64,000 nucleotides of DNA from Abditibacteriaceae bacterium. Its GTDB lineage: Bacteria; Armatimonadota; Abditibacteriia; Abditibacteriales; Abditibacteriaceae. Position 1 is the first letter of the stretch, and each line of letters begins with the position of its first letter. The stretch covers positions 320,001 to 384,000 of the forward strand of contig OZ255721.1 of the NCBI GenBank assembly GCA_965277285.1. The letters are read 5' to 3'. Of this stretch, positions 40,047 to 50,475 are shown in pieces. Below the pieces are notes generated by a model, which saw only the letters and a list, made by a program, of their open reading frames with translations, was not told the origin of the DNA and did no database searches. A program made the translations under genes and the position numbers.

Positions 40047-41012
40047 CTAACTCAAGCGAATGCGCGGGTCGGTGATGACCAAAAGAATGTCGGCGATGAG
40101 GTTGCCCAGAATCAACAAAACCGCGCCCATCACGAACGCTGCCATCGAGACATACAAATCCTGCGACTGCACCGATTCGAGCAATAAACGCCCCAAGCCA
40201 GGCCACGCCATTACGTTCTCGACCAGAGCTGCGCCCGCCAAAAGCCCGCTCAGTTCGTAGCCAATCAACGTGACAAGTGGATTAATAGCGTTGCGTGTGG
40301 CGTGTTTCCAGATGACTTTGCGTTCGCTGAGTCCGCGTGCGCGACTGGCCAGAATGTAGTTCTCGCTCAGCACATCGAGCAGGTTGCCGCGCATTTGCCG
40401 CATCAAACCCGCCACGCCGCCGATGCCCAAAACAAAAACCGGCAAAATCATGTGCCACGTCGTGTCCTTGATTTTGCCGAACTGCGACATCGTGTCGTAA
40501 TTCTGGCTGGTCGCGCCGCCGATGGGAAACCAGCCCGTTTGCTGCGCGAATTTCAATGCCAGTAGCGCCACGAAGAAGCCGGGCAGCGAAATGCCCGCAA
40601 AAGCGCCGAAATTGGTTAATCGGTCGAGCCAACTGTTGCGATGCGTCGCGGTATAAATGCCCAGAGGAATCGCCAGAATCCACGACAAAACCGCCGACCA
40701 GAACGACAAAATGAAGGTGTAATAAATGTGCGATTTGATCAGCTTGAAAACCGGCTCTTTGTAGGCGAACGATTCGCCAAAGTCTCCATGAACAGCATTC
40801 TTCAGCCACAGGCCATATTGCACATACGCCGGTTTGTCCAAGCCGAAATCTTTTTCCAGACGTTTCAAGGTTTCAGGGCGAATTTTCGGGTCTTGCTTCA
40901 ACTGCGTCAAATAATCGCCGGGCGCGAGCTGCATGGCGCCAAACGACATCAAGGTGATGCCGAAGACAAGAGGAATCAATTGCAGCAGGCGGCGCAGAAT
41001 GAATCGAATCAT
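40047..41012 (-). CDS. oppB: Oligopeptide ABC transporter permease (OppB-like)
   Basis: GLDKP..VQY, GDFGES, ARGL..HATRNA, WPGLGRL. Confidence 0.9.
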   Translation of the reverse strand: MIRFILRRLLQLIPLVFGITLMSFGAMQLAPGDYLTQLKQDPKIRPETLKRLEKDFGLDKPAYVQYGLWLKNAVHGDFGESFAYKEPVFKLIKSHIYYTFILSFWSAVLSWILAIPLGIYTATHRNSWLDRLTNFGAFAGISLPGFFVALLALKFAQQTGWFPIGGATSQNYDTMSQFGKIKDTTWHMILPVFVLGIGGVAGLMRQMRGNLLDVLSENYILASRARGLSERKVIWKHATRNAINPLVTLIGYELSGLLAGAALVENVMAWPGLGRLLLESVQSQDLYVSMAAFVMGAVLLILGNLIADILLVITDPRIRLS

Positions 41013-41050
41013 AATCGAGTACTCGAAAGGGCGAAATTAAAGCGGAAGCA

Positions 41051-42889
41051 TCAAGGCGTGTCGCGTGTCGCGGACAAGTCATACAATTCGTCCTGATTCC
41101 ACAAAGCGCCGCCCGGACAAGGTTTCAAATTGCCGAACTTGTTGCGAACCGCGACAATCGAATCGGGAACGACGGTATAAATGAGCGGCAATTGCGTGGA
41201 CGCGATAACTTGCCAGCGGTCGTAAATCGCCTTGCGCTTTTTCGGATCGAGTTCCTGCGCGCCCTGTCGAAATAAGTCGTCCACTTCGGCTTCCCACGGC
41301 GTGGCGGGCGTTTTCTGGTTCGGATTCCATTGATGCATCAGGCTGCTGCTATACCAGATATTGGCGCTGTCGTTTGGCTCACTTCCACCGCCGGTGAAAC
41401 CCAGGACGACAGCTTCCCAATCGTAGGGAGGAGAATCCAGGCTGGAGATTAAGCGATTGAAATCGACAGGTGTAAAAATCGCGTTTAGACCAACATTTTT
41501 TAGGTCTTTGGTGATGACTGTACACATGTCCTTGCGTTGTTGGTTCTGAACACCAGTGATGATGTTGAACTGGATTTCGTGGCCTTCAAATTCACGGTAG
41601 CCATTGCCGTCGTTATCTTTGGCTCCAATCGAATCGAGCAACGCTTGGGCTTTTTTCGGGTTGTAAGGATATTTTGGCGTGTTTGGATTGAAATCAATTT
41701 TGTCGGCAGGCGTGATGAAGGTATAAAGCGGCTGCGCCAGTCCCAGAAACTGGTTGATGCACATTAAATCGCGGTTGATGGCATAAGAAACGGCCTGACG
41801 AAACTTCGTTTGTTGAAACAGCTTGATTTTCCAGGGCGCGGTTTTTCCTGTTTTTGAGTTCGGATTGAGGTTAAACCCCAGATATTGAGTACTCGAACTC
41901 GGCCCCAGATCGTAGATCGTGTAGTTACCCGTTGGCTCACTGCGCTTGATAGATGGATAGTCCGTCGCTGTCACACCCAGCGCATCGCATTCGCCCGCTT
42001 TGAATTTCAGCGTATCCGTATTGGTATCGGGCACGATGAGCTGCACATACTTATCAAGATAAGGTAGTGCGCCACCCCATTTGTCTTTTTTCCAGTAGTG
42101 AGGGTTGCGTACATAGACAAGCCGCTGACTCGCCACATAGCTTTGCATAATCCACGGGCCGCTGGACACCAATTCCTTGGGAGCTGTGCTGACGCTCCAT
42201 GTCGAATTGAATTGTCCTGATTTCCAGGCCGCATAAAGTTTGTGGCGCGGTGCGACATTGATGCTCAACATGGAACGTGCGGGCGCATACGGAACGGGAA
42301 AACGGAATTGTACTGTGCGGTCATCAATTTTCTGATAGCCCGGAGGAACGCGCTTGTATTGACCGGTTTTTGGGTCTTTGACATCGACCAACATTGTTTC
42401 GCGGACTGTTCCCTGTGTTTTGGGATCGAAGATCATGTCCAGAGTAAAAATAATATCGTCCGCTGTGATCGGAACGCCATCGCTCCATGTCAGGTTTGGC
42501 TTGAGGCGAAACGTCCATACCAAACCATCTTTGCTGACGTTTGGTAAATCGCATAGACGACCTTCCCATTGCTGCGTATAAGTGTTCTGGCCGATGAGTG
42601 AATCATAAAGAAGACCGACCGCGCCGCCCGAACCAGCATCCGTTGCAGCCCACAGGTTGAAGGTTTTAGGGTCGCCCAAAGTGGTGTCGGTCATCACTCC
42701 GCCGTATTTGCCGCGCTTGGAAGGAGGCTCGGTTTTCTGTGGCACCACGCGATTCAAGCCGACGTAACGCAACGCCTCGCCGTGTTGACCAGGCTTAAGA
42801 AAACGGTCGCGCGTATCGATGCCGCACACCCAGGCGACAATCCACGCGACCACTAAAATGGGGAAAATCCAGCGTGAGAAAACTTTCAT
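41051..42889 (-). CDS. ABC transporter substrate-binding protein, family 5 (OppA/DppA-like)
   Basis: DPKTFN, WSDGVPITADD, SSGPW, RNPHYW, FRQAVSYAINR. Confidence 0.88.
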   Translation of the reverse strand: MKVFSRWIFPILVVAWIVAWVCGIDTRDRFLKPGQHGEALRYVGLNRVVPQKTEPPSKRGKYGGVMTDTTLGDPKTFNLWAATDAGSGGAVGLLYDSLIGQNTYTQQWEGRLCDLPNVSKDGLVWTFRLKPNLTWSDGVPITADDIIFTLDMIFDPKTQGTVRETMLVDVKDPKTGQYKRVPPGYQKIDDRTVQFRFPVPYAPARSMLSINVAPRHKLYAAWKSGQFNSTWSVSTAPKELVSSGPWIMQSYVASQRLVYVRNPHYWKKDKWGGALPYLDKYVQLIVPDTNTDTLKFKAGECDALGVTATDYPSIKRSEPTGNYTIYDLGPSSSTQYLGFNLNPNSKTGKTAPWKIKLFQQTKFRQAVSYAINRDLMCINQFLGLAQPLYTFITPADKIDFNPNTPKYPYNPKKAQALLDSIGAKDNDGNGYREFEGHEIQFNIITGVQNQQRKDMCTVITKDLKNVGLNAIFTPVDFNRLISSLDSPPYDWEAVVLGFTGGGSEPNDSANIWYSSSLMHQWNPNQKTPATPWEAEVDDLFRQGAQELDPKKRKAIYDRWQVIASTQLPLIYTVVPDSIVAVRNKFGNLKPCPGGALWNQDELYDLSATRDTP

Positions 42890-43058
42890 AAAGGAAGAGT
42901 CACGAGAAGAAACGACACCTTTAGTTTAACGAAGTTGGAACGCCTCGCGCTTGACGACCAGCTTTGGACGCGCGACTTCAATCCTGCTAATCTTGAAGCG
43001 TTTGCACTTCGCCAACTGTGCATTCGAGTACTCGCTCGCACTTTCCCACATTCACCTT

Positions 43059-44156
43059 ATGCTGCCTTTGCATTTTCAAAATATCACCAAGCGCTTCGAC
43101 CAAACGCTCGCCGTCAACGATTTGTCGCTCGATGTTCAAGCCGGAGAACTCTTCTTTCTGCTCGGCCCTTCGGGTTGCGGCAAAACGACGTGTTTGCGCA
43201 TGGTCGCCGGTTTTCTGACGCCTGACAGCGGCACCTTGAAATTTGGCGACAAAACGATGAACAACGTGCCGCCGCACAAGCGCAACACGGGCATGGTTTT
43301 CCAAAACTACGCTTTGTGGCCGCACATGACGGCAGCCGAAAACATCGCTTATGGTCTGCGCGTGCGCAAAACTCCCAAAGCCGAACGCGAACGTCGCGTA
43401 CTCGATGCTTTGAAAATGGTGCAATTGCAAGACAGAGCGCAGCATTATCCCAATCAACTTTCCGGCGGACAGCAGCAACGCGTGGCTTTGGCGCGCGCGC
43501 TCGTCATCAACCCCGACGTTTTGCTTTTGGATGAACCTTTGTCGAACTTGGATGCGCAACTGCGCCTGGAATTGCGCGGCGAAATCAAGCGCCTGCATTC
43601 TCAAACGCAAACCACCGCGCTTTATGTCACGCACGATCAGGACGAAGCGCTTTCCATCGCCGACCGCATTGGCGTCATGCGCAACGGACTTCTCATTCAA
43701 GTCGGCACGCCGCGCGAACTTTATCGCACGCCGCACTCGCGCTTTGTCGCGGCTTTTATCGGCGAAACCAACTTTCTGCCAGGAAAAGTCAAAGCCTCGG
43801 ACGGAAACAAAACAATTGTCGAAACTCCGGTCGGTGAAGTCGTGGCGACGAAGAACGCAATGTTGCAAACCAATCAAGATGTCTGGTGTTCAGTTCGCCC
43901 CGAATCGTGGCACATTGAAGGCGAATCGAGTACTCGAAATCAGAACAACACGTTCGCGGCACAAGTTCAAAGCGTGTCTTACGGCGGCGCGACCGAACAA
44001 TTGAGTTTGCGCTTAAGCGGCGGACGCGAAACTTCCGAAAACGAAGCCTGGCGCAACATCAAAGCCGCAGTTTTGAATCCTCTGCAAACGCGTCAAGCCA
44101 GCGAAAACGTGACATTAAGTTGCCGAATGGAAGATGTCGTTGTTTTAGCGGAGTGA
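43059..44156 (+). CDS. ABC transporter ATP-binding protein (PotA/FbpC-like)
   Basis: GPSGCGKTT, FQNYALWPHM, LSGGQQQR, YVTHDQDEA. Confidence 0.88.
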   Translation: MLPLHFQNITKRFDQTLAVNDLSLDVQAGELFFLLGPSGCGKTTCLRMVAGFLTPDSGTLKFGDKTMNNVPPHKRNTGMVFQNYALWPHMTAAENIAYGLRVRKTPKAERERRVLDALKMVQLQDRAQHYPNQLSGGQQQRVALARALVINPDVLLLDEPLSNLDAQLRLELRGEIKRLHSQTQTTALYVTHDQDEALSIADRIGVMRNGLLIQVGTPRELYRTPHSRFVAAFIGETNFLPGKVKASDGNKTIVETPVGEVVATKNAMLQTNQDVWCSVRPESWHIEGESSTRNQNNTFAAQVQSVSYGGATEQLSLRLSGGRETSENEAWRNIKAAVLNPLQTRQASENVTLSCRMEDVVVLAE

Positions 44157-44164
44157 TTGGGGCA

Positions 44165-44246
44165 AAACTCAGCGAACCCGAAGCGTCAGCGAGGGAGATG
44201 ATTGGTCGTAAATCTCCCTCGCTGACGCTTCGGGTTCGCTGAGTTT
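44165..44246. repeat. Intergenic inverted repeat, family B
   Basis: AAACTCAGCGAACCCGAAGCGTCAGCGAGGGAGAT and exact reverse complement. Confidence 0.9.
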
Positions 44247-44285
44247 CTCGTTTGGCCAAGTTCATGCGAGTAACAGCCTTCGATT

Positions 44286-44879
44286 ATGGGATTTTATTTT
44301 TCTCACTGGAGCAGCGCGGAAATTGGGCTTTCGCACGTCGCCGTTTATCTGCTCGATGCGATTACGCTCGCGTTTGTGCTGACGTGCGCTTACACCGATA
44401 CCAAAACTGGCAAAATCCTCAATAAGTTCACTTTTCCCGCCATGTTGATTGGTTTGGTTCTCAACTTCGCATTCGGCGGAACAACGGGTTTGGCGTGGTC
44501 GGCGATTGGATTGGGCGTTGGTCTGGCGATTCAGTGGGTGCCGTTTATGCTGGGTTTTGCTAAAGCGGGCGACGTGAAACTTTTGGCGGCGGTGGGCGCG
44601 CTCAAAGGCTGGGCGTTTTGCTCGTTCGGTTTTCTGTATGGCGCGGCGGCGTTCGGCTTTATTCTGGTGCCGTGGCTGGCCAAACGCGGCGAATTGGGCG
44701 GCGTAATGTCGACCATCAAAAATTATTTTGCCTTCGCCGTGGTGACGCAAAACGTGCCGGACGCGCCCGCGCCGACGACGACGCGCAAATATGTGCCGTG
44801 GGGTTTGGGTTTGGCGATTGGTTTCCTGATCGCGCTGGCGATGGAAATGCTGACAGGCCGCGCTTTGTGGCTGCGATGA
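44286..44879 (+). CDS. A24-family prepilin peptidase (CpaA/TadV-like)
   Basis: AYTD..GKILN, AGDVKL, C-terminal VPWGLGLAIG; multiple TM helices. Confidence 0.85.
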   Translation: MGFYFSHWSSAEIGLSHVAVYLLDAITLAFVLTCAYTDTKTGKILNKFTFPAMLIGLVLNFAFGGTTGLAWSAIGLGVGLAIQWVPFMLGFAKAGDVKLLAAVGALKGWAFCSFGFLYGAAAFGFILVPWLAKRGELGGVMSTIKNYFAFAVVTQNVPDAPAPTTTRKYVPWGLGLAIGFLIALAMEMLTGRALWLR

Positions 44880-44889
44880 GTTAAGGAAA

Positions 44890-45756
44890 ATGAACAGAAC
44901 GCGACGCCAGGCGATGGCGCAGGAAACATTGGAAATCGTTGAACGCGGCAATTACATCGCGCCCAGCGGAAAGTTGGTCGGTTTGGCGGATGATATTCGT
45001 AACGCCGTTAAAAACACGCGGCTTTTTCGTCCCGAAGATTGCGCAGCGTTGACCGCGCCAAGAACCACAATCGAGTACTCGACACAAGTCGAAGTAACCG
45101 GAGAAACGACGTTGCAAGTGGCGCAACGATTGTCTTTGTCACGCAAAGATTCGCGCACGTTGTGTCTCAATTTCGCGTCGGCGAAGAACCCGGGCGGCGG
45201 GTTTTTGTCGGGCGCACAGGCGCAGGAAGAATCGCTGGCACGCTCTTCGGCGTTGTATGCCAGTCAATTGTCGCAGCCGGAAATGTACGAGTTTCATCGC
45301 CGATTGGGAACGTGCTTGTATTCCGATCACATGATTTTGTCGCCCGATGTTCCGGTTTTTCGAGACGACAGCGGCGCGCTTCTGGAAATGCCTTTCCTGA
45401 CTTCGTTCGTGACTTCTCCAGCGGTCAATGCGGGTGCGGTTCATCAGAACGAGCCGCACAACGTTTCCAAAATTGAGCCGACGATGCGCGAGCGTTTGCG
45501 CAGGATTTTGCTGCTGGCGCGCGGTTTCGAGTACTCGAATCTGGTTTTGGGCGCGTGGGGTTGCGGCGTTTTTCGCAATGAACCGCAATTTGTGGCGCGC
45601 TTGATGAACGAAATGTTGAACCCAAATGGCGAATTCGGTCGCAGTTTCAAGCGCGTGGTTTATGCGGTTTACGACACGACACCGGATGGGAAAGTGCTGG
45701 GCGCATTTGAGCGGGAACTTAAAAGACAACGCGAGAAAAGCGACGCGGCTTCATAA
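44890..45756 (+). CDS. TIGR02452-family / microbial PARG-type macrodomain protein
   Basis: LNFASAKNPGGGFLSGAQAQEESLARSS, LGAWGCGVF. Confidence 0.9.
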   Translation: MNRTRRQAMAQETLEIVERGNYIAPSGKLVGLADDIRNAVKNTRLFRPEDCAALTAPRTTIEYSTQVEVTGETTLQVAQRLSLSRKDSRTLCLNFASAKNPGGGFLSGAQAQEESLARSSALYASQLSQPEMYEFHRRLGTCLYSDHMILSPDVPVFRDDSGALLEMPFLTSFVTSPAVNAGAVHQNEPHNVSKIEPTMRERLRRILLLARGFEYSNLVLGAWGCGVFRNEPQFVARLMNEMLNPNGEFGRSFKRVVYAVYDTTPDGKVLGAFERELKRQREKSDAAS

Positions 45757-45771
45757 AGAGGGAAGATTTTC

Positions 45772-46746
45772 ATGCTGACTTTACGAAGAGTTGTCTCGTT
45801 TGTAGCGTGATTCACTTTATGCCAATGCTTTCTTTCGGGATGTAACAGGCAAAATGGCGCCAGTGGAACTGCTGCGAATCCTGTTCAGATTGCAGGCGCC
45901 AAGTTCCTCCAAGTTGATGTCAGAATCGAGGACTTTTATCCGCCTGATTACGACAGTGCGATCATTGAGGCGTCAAAGATACCAGGTGGGAAAATCCCCG
46001 CGCCTTCTTCTCCAAGCTATGCCGTGAAAGGGCGGAAGTATTTTGCGGTTGTGACCGAAAAGGGACAAAGACTTCAATCCACCCAGGACAGCGTGTGGAT
46101 TTTTGATGAACATTGGAAAGCTGCGGGGCAAGTCGTTGGAATGCCGTCCCATGCCGAGCAAACCAGCATCAGTGCTTTGTGGAACAAGACGGGCGATATG
46201 CTGGCGGTTGCGGTGGATTGCCGTATTCAGGGAACAGATCATATTGAGATTGGCATTGTCAACCTGACGACGCGCCATTTTGAACGATTGCTGTCTTTCA
46301 AAATGTCTGATGGCCCGTCGGTTGTTTGGGCCGGCAATCAACTTTTTACATCTTCGCTTATATTTGATAGCAGAAATCGCGCGTCTTGGACGGCCATCGT
46401 CAAGATTGACCCTGCGAAAAAGCAGGTGAGCGAAATGTATCGAGAAAAAATGGGTTCCGATTCGGACATCTGGATTCAAACCTTATTACCCTCGCCAAAC
46501 GGAAAGTTGATCGCCTTCGATAGAAAAACACCCTGGGCAACCGAAGGCGCGGGAATTGATGTGCTCGACATTAAGGCGCGAACTGTAACTCGACTGACTT
46601 CGGAACCTCGCACCAATTACTCTCATTGTCTGGGACGGTGGAAAGATGATCAGATTTTGCTGTTCTTGCGCCACAACGTTCCCGTTTCGAGATGGGCTTT
46701 ATATGAAGTAATTCTGCGTTCAAATCGGAAATCAAAGACCAGATAA
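45772..46746 (+). pseudogene. TolB/beta-propeller-like lipoprotein with premature TGA at codon 13
   Basis: ATG 45772 is in frame with ORF 46024-46746; single TGA at 45808 precedes lipobox LSG-C; SPNGKLIAF repeat motif. Confidence 0.65.
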
Positions 46747-46800
46747 CTCAGACGTATCTGAACGGAACATTGCAAATCGAGTACTCGATAAGTCGAAAGT

Positions 46801-47625
46801 TCACAACAGCGCGGGCGATTGCAGCACGGTTTTGCTTTCGGGTTGAATCAAAATCGCGTAAGGCTGGCGCAGTTCGTTGGTGTTCACAAGTCCCATTTTC
46901 TCCCAGACGCCCAACTTTAGTTCGCTGACTTCGCCGCCGACGGACGCGAGTTCGCCTGCCAGAACATTGATTATATCGTTGCTTTGGCTTTGTAAGCCGA
47001 CGAATTTATGGCCGACGCTGAGGGCGCTGAAACTGGTCGGGCGATGAAGCAGAAACTCGGTCATTTTCGCGGCGCTGACGAAAGGCGATTGCAGCGGAAT
47101 TGCGGCTTCCTGGCGGACGGCGATTTGAGTTGTGGGTGTGCCGTTGTCGGGATGAATATCGGCGATGAGCGGCGCGTAAGTTTCGCCGGTTGTGCCGCGC
47201 ATCACGACGTTGAAGTGAGCGAAAGCAGATTCTCCGGCGAGCGCGTGACGCAGAACCCAGGCGGCGCGCGTTCCCAGAAACGATTTTATGACCAGGTTTC
47301 CTGTTTCGCGCGCCTGGCCTTCGGCTCTTTCACGGCGCACCAGGACCGCGAAATCCAAGCTCCAGAAACTAAGGTTGGGTAGCGGCAGCGGCGTGTAATG
47401 AAAATCGTCGTTGAAGCGCAGCATGGTCATCAGAAAGGCGCAAGTTTCGCCGTTGACGGGCAGAGTGTCGAGCGTGATTGAAGGCGGCAAAGCGGGCAGG
47501 CGTTCGAGTACTCGAAGTGCGGGAACGGCGTGCGCGATGAAAACGTTATGGCGTCGCGCGACGGAAACGGTTTTGAGGTTGGTTGGAATCTGATCGCTCA
47601 GCGATGCGGCGGAAGGAATTGTCAT
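46801..47625 (-). CDS. Hypothetical protein (possibly DUF2071/acetoacetate-decarboxylase-like fold)
   Basis: FIAHAVP...LP..ITLDT pattern; host-like codon usage. Confidence 0.6.
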   Translation of the reverse strand: MTIPSAASLSDQIPTNLKTVSVARRHNVFIAHAVPALRVLERLPALPPSITLDTLPVNGETCAFLMTMLRFNDDFHYTPLPLPNLSFWSLDFAVLVRRERAEGQARETGNLVIKSFLGTRAAWVLRHALAGESAFAHFNVVMRGTTGETYAPLIADIHPDNGTPTTQIAVRQEAAIPLQSPFVSAAKMTEFLLHRPTSFSALSVGHKFVGLQSQSNDIINVLAGELASVGGEVSELKLGVWEKMGLVNTNELRQPYAILIQPESKTVLQSPALL

Positions 47626-47980
47626 AAAGCCTCGAAATGTGGAAAGAAAAGCTGGAAAATCTGTCTTGCAATATGGCAAAACAGCATTGAAGTTGCACGA
47701 ATGTATCGCAGGAACGTTGTAGAAACAGAGAAGAACCTTGCAGAAATTGTCACACCGAAACAGGTATAATAATAGTTTATCCGCGTCACGGTTTTTGGAG
47801 CGATAGTTTCTGGTTGTGCTCTTGTTACACTGAAGACGCGAACCGGGCGCGGAGCCGGAACGCACCACACCAATCGAGGCGTCTTGTCAGAAGACATTTT
47901 GACAACGCCGAGTGGCACGACTCAGGCGATGACGACGCTGGGCGCGAATTTCTTTTCATTTATTAAGAGGGTGACCTTGC

Positions 47981-48715
47981 ATGGGCTTGTTTCGACGTTC
48001 CCCCGAATCTTCATCCGACGCTGATGCTCCTGAAAATGCTGAGGCATCGCATACGGCGTTGAATCCGGCATCGACTTCGGCAGCACTCGATGCCGCGGTT
48101 GCCGAAGCGGTCGCGTCTTCGGCGCCGAGCGAAGCCGAATTGCAGGAGTTGCGCGAAACTGTATCGGAAATCCATCGCGTGCTGAGCGATTTCGCCGAGC
48201 GCGGTTCAGCGCAGGAAAAAGTTTTCGACACGCTGCACTCGGAATTGCAGGATTATAAAAACGATTTTATCTACGAACATCTCAAGCCTGTTTTATGGCC
48301 TTTGTTGTTCTTGTTCGATTCGCTGGAGCAATATGCGCGTGAAATTGTGGCGCGCGCTGCGTCGACTGGCGGCCATCAAGTCGATGCCAAAGAAGTGCTC
48401 GATCACTTGAAATTCTTTCGCGGACAGTTGGTCGAATCATTGCGCATTTGCGAAGTGACGCCGATGAAGCAGCCAACAGGTTTTATCGACCCCAAATGTC
48501 ACAAGGGAATTGGCGTTGAGCCGGTGCAGGAAGCGACGGACGATAACACGATTCGGCGCGTCGTGCGCACGGGCTGGTTTCTTAACGGCAAGGTCTTGCG
48601 CCACGCCGAAGTTATCGTTGGCAAATATAGCGGCACAAATGGGCGCGAAACCGCTCCACGTCCCGGATCTAAGCCGATTCCTACGACAGTTGCGGCGGGC
48701 GCAGAAACAAAATAG
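47981..48715 (+). CDS. GrpE-like nucleotide exchange factor
   Basis: C-terminal IDPKCHKGI...VVRTGWFLNGKVLRHAEVIV; upstream of an Hsp70. Confidence 0.8.
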   Translation: MGLFRRSPESSSDADAPENAEASHTALNPASTSAALDAAVAEAVASSAPSEAELQELRETVSEIHRVLSDFAERGSAQEKVFDTLHSELQDYKNDFIYEHLKPVLWPLLFLFDSLEQYAREIVARAASTGGHQVDAKEVLDHLKFFRGQLVESLRICEVTPMKQPTGFIDPKCHKGIGVEPVQEATDDNTIRRVVRTGWFLNGKVLRHAEVIVGKYSGTNGRETAPRPGSKPIPTTVAAGAETK

Positions 48716-48876
48716 TCGGACACGAAAGTTGTTTTGCGCGTATCGAGTACTCGATATTCGTGCAACATGATAAATGCAGCATTGTTATTTGAGTGAGTCG
48801 GGTTTGTGAAGTTGATTTCGGTGTTGATTTTCGGAATTGAATTTAAGTCGATTCCGAATCTTGATTGGAGATTGCT

Positions 48877-50418
48877 ATGTCATTGGGTCGCGCGGTCGGC
48901 ATCGACTTGGGAACAACGTATTCGGCGGTTGCTCACGTGGACGAATATGGCAAGCCCATTATTTTAAAGAACTCGGATGGACAAACGACGACGCCGTCAG
49001 TCGTGTTTTTCGATCCGCCGAACTTTGTCGTCGGCGAAACGGCGATTCAGAGCACCATCACCGACTCGGATCGCGTGGTGCAGTTCGTCAAGCGTTTCAT
49101 GGGGCAACCCGGCTATCGCGTTCACATTGGCGATCACGATTACTCGCCGCAGTTCGTCTCGGCGCTGATTCTGCGCAAAATCGTGCAAGACGCGCAGGTC
49201 GAAATGGGCGGCGAAGAAATTACCAAAGCGGTGATTACGGTTCCCGCGTATTTTACGGAAAACCAGCGCCATGCCACGCTCGAAGCCGGACAAATGGCGG
49301 GCTTGCAAGTGCTGCGCATCATCAACGAACCGACGGCTGCCGCTTTGTCTTATGGCATGACGCGGCGCGGTCGCAAGCGCAACTGCCTGGTTTATGACCT
49401 GGGCGGTGGCACTTTCGACGTGACGATCCTGGCGATTGACGATGACGAACTGAACGTGCTGTCGATTGGCGGCGACCACCATTTGGGCGGCAAAGATTTC
49501 GACGACCGCATCATGAACTATGTCGAGGAACAAGTGAAAGCCAAGCACGGCATCGACATCAGCAACGACCGCGAAATCGAAGCCGAGTTGCGCTTGAAAG
49601 CCGAAGCCGCCAAGCGCCAGTTGACGGGACGCCAGAGCGTTCCCATCGCCTTGAAAGTGCGTCGTTTGGATGCCGAAGGCAACGATACAGGCGTCTCGGT
49701 TCCGGCGAAAATTGAACTGACGCGCGAAATCTTCAACGAAATCACCGGAGATTTGCTGGGACGCACAGAAATGCTGTTGGAAGCGGTTTTCGCCAAAGCC
49801 GATCTCGATTGGGATCAAATCGACGATGTGTTGTGCGTCGGCGGAAGTTCGCGGATGCCGATGGTTTCAGAAATGCTGGAGCGCGTTTCGGGCAAGAAAT
49901 CGCTGTTGCATGATCCCGACGAATGCGTGGCCAAGGGCGCGGCGTTGCAAGCCGCCTTATTGTCGAAAGATGTCAATGTGCCGCAAGTTTCGGTCGGCCA
50001 CGTTTTGTCGCACTCGCTGGGCGTCGCTGTGATGAAAGGCGGACAGGCGATTATCGACCACGTTGTGCCCAGCCTGACGCGTCTTCCTGTGATGCAAACG
50101 CGCGAAGGTTACACGACAACGGTGGACAATCAGACGACGGTGCAGATTCGCGTTTATGAAGGCGAAAGTACCGATTTGCAAAGTTATGGCAAAGGGCCAA
50201 TCGGCGTGTTTGATTTGGATACGAATCCTCCACGTCCTAAAGGTCAGCCGAAAATCAGCGTATCGTTCCATTGTGATGAAAACGGGCGCATCATGGCTGT
50301 GGCGCGCGACAAAGACACTGGCGAAGAAAGCCGTACTGTCATCGCGCTGCAAAGTTCGCGTTCGAGCGATGAGAGCGTCGAAGAAGCCAAAATGCTGGCT
50401 GAAGCGACCGTGTCGTAA
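48877..50418 (+). CDS. Hsp70-family protein (DnaK paralog lacking the C-terminal lid)
   Basis: GIDLGTT, ITVPAYF, NEPTAAA, YDLGGGTFD, VGGSSRMP; only about 513 aa. Confidence 0.92.
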   Translation: MSLGRAVGIDLGTTYSAVAHVDEYGKPIILKNSDGQTTTPSVVFFDPPNFVVGETAIQSTITDSDRVVQFVKRFMGQPGYRVHIGDHDYSPQFVSALILRKIVQDAQVEMGGEEITKAVITVPAYFTENQRHATLEAGQMAGLQVLRIINEPTAAALSYGMTRRGRKRNCLVYDLGGGTFDVTILAIDDDELNVLSIGGDHHLGGKDFDDRIMNYVEEQVKAKHGIDISNDREIEAELRLKAEAAKRQLTGRQSVPIALKVRRLDAEGNDTGVSVPAKIELTREIFNEITGDLLGRTEMLLEAVFAKADLDWDQIDDVLCVGGSSRMPMVSEMLERVSGKKSLLHDPDECVAKGAALQAALLSKDVNVPQVSVGHVLSHSLGVAVMKGGQAIIDHVVPSLTRLPVMQTREGYTTTVDNQTTVQIRVYEGESTDLQSYGKGPIGVFDLDTNPPRPKGQPKISVSFHCDENGRIMAVARDKDTGEESRTVIALQSSRSSDESVEEAKMLAEATVS

Positions 50419-50437
50419 AGTTGTTCTGGAGTTACCT

Positions 50438-50465
50438 GTAGGGGCGCATCTCAATGCGCCCCTAC
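50438..50465. repeat. Single GTAG-type REP hairpin
   Basis: GTAGGGGCGCAT-CTCA-ATGCGCCCCTAC. Confidence 0.75.
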
Positions 50466-50475
50466 TTTTTCGTTT

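Noticed and set aside
33979..45756. ADP-ribosylglycohydrolase plus PARG as one defence system
   Set aside because: 10 kb apart, in different operons, with no ADP-ribosyltransferase in the window
45808..45810. TGA recoding (selenocysteine or alternative genetic code)
   Set aside because: Many genes here end in TGA, and the site lies in a signal peptide rather than a catalytic Cys position
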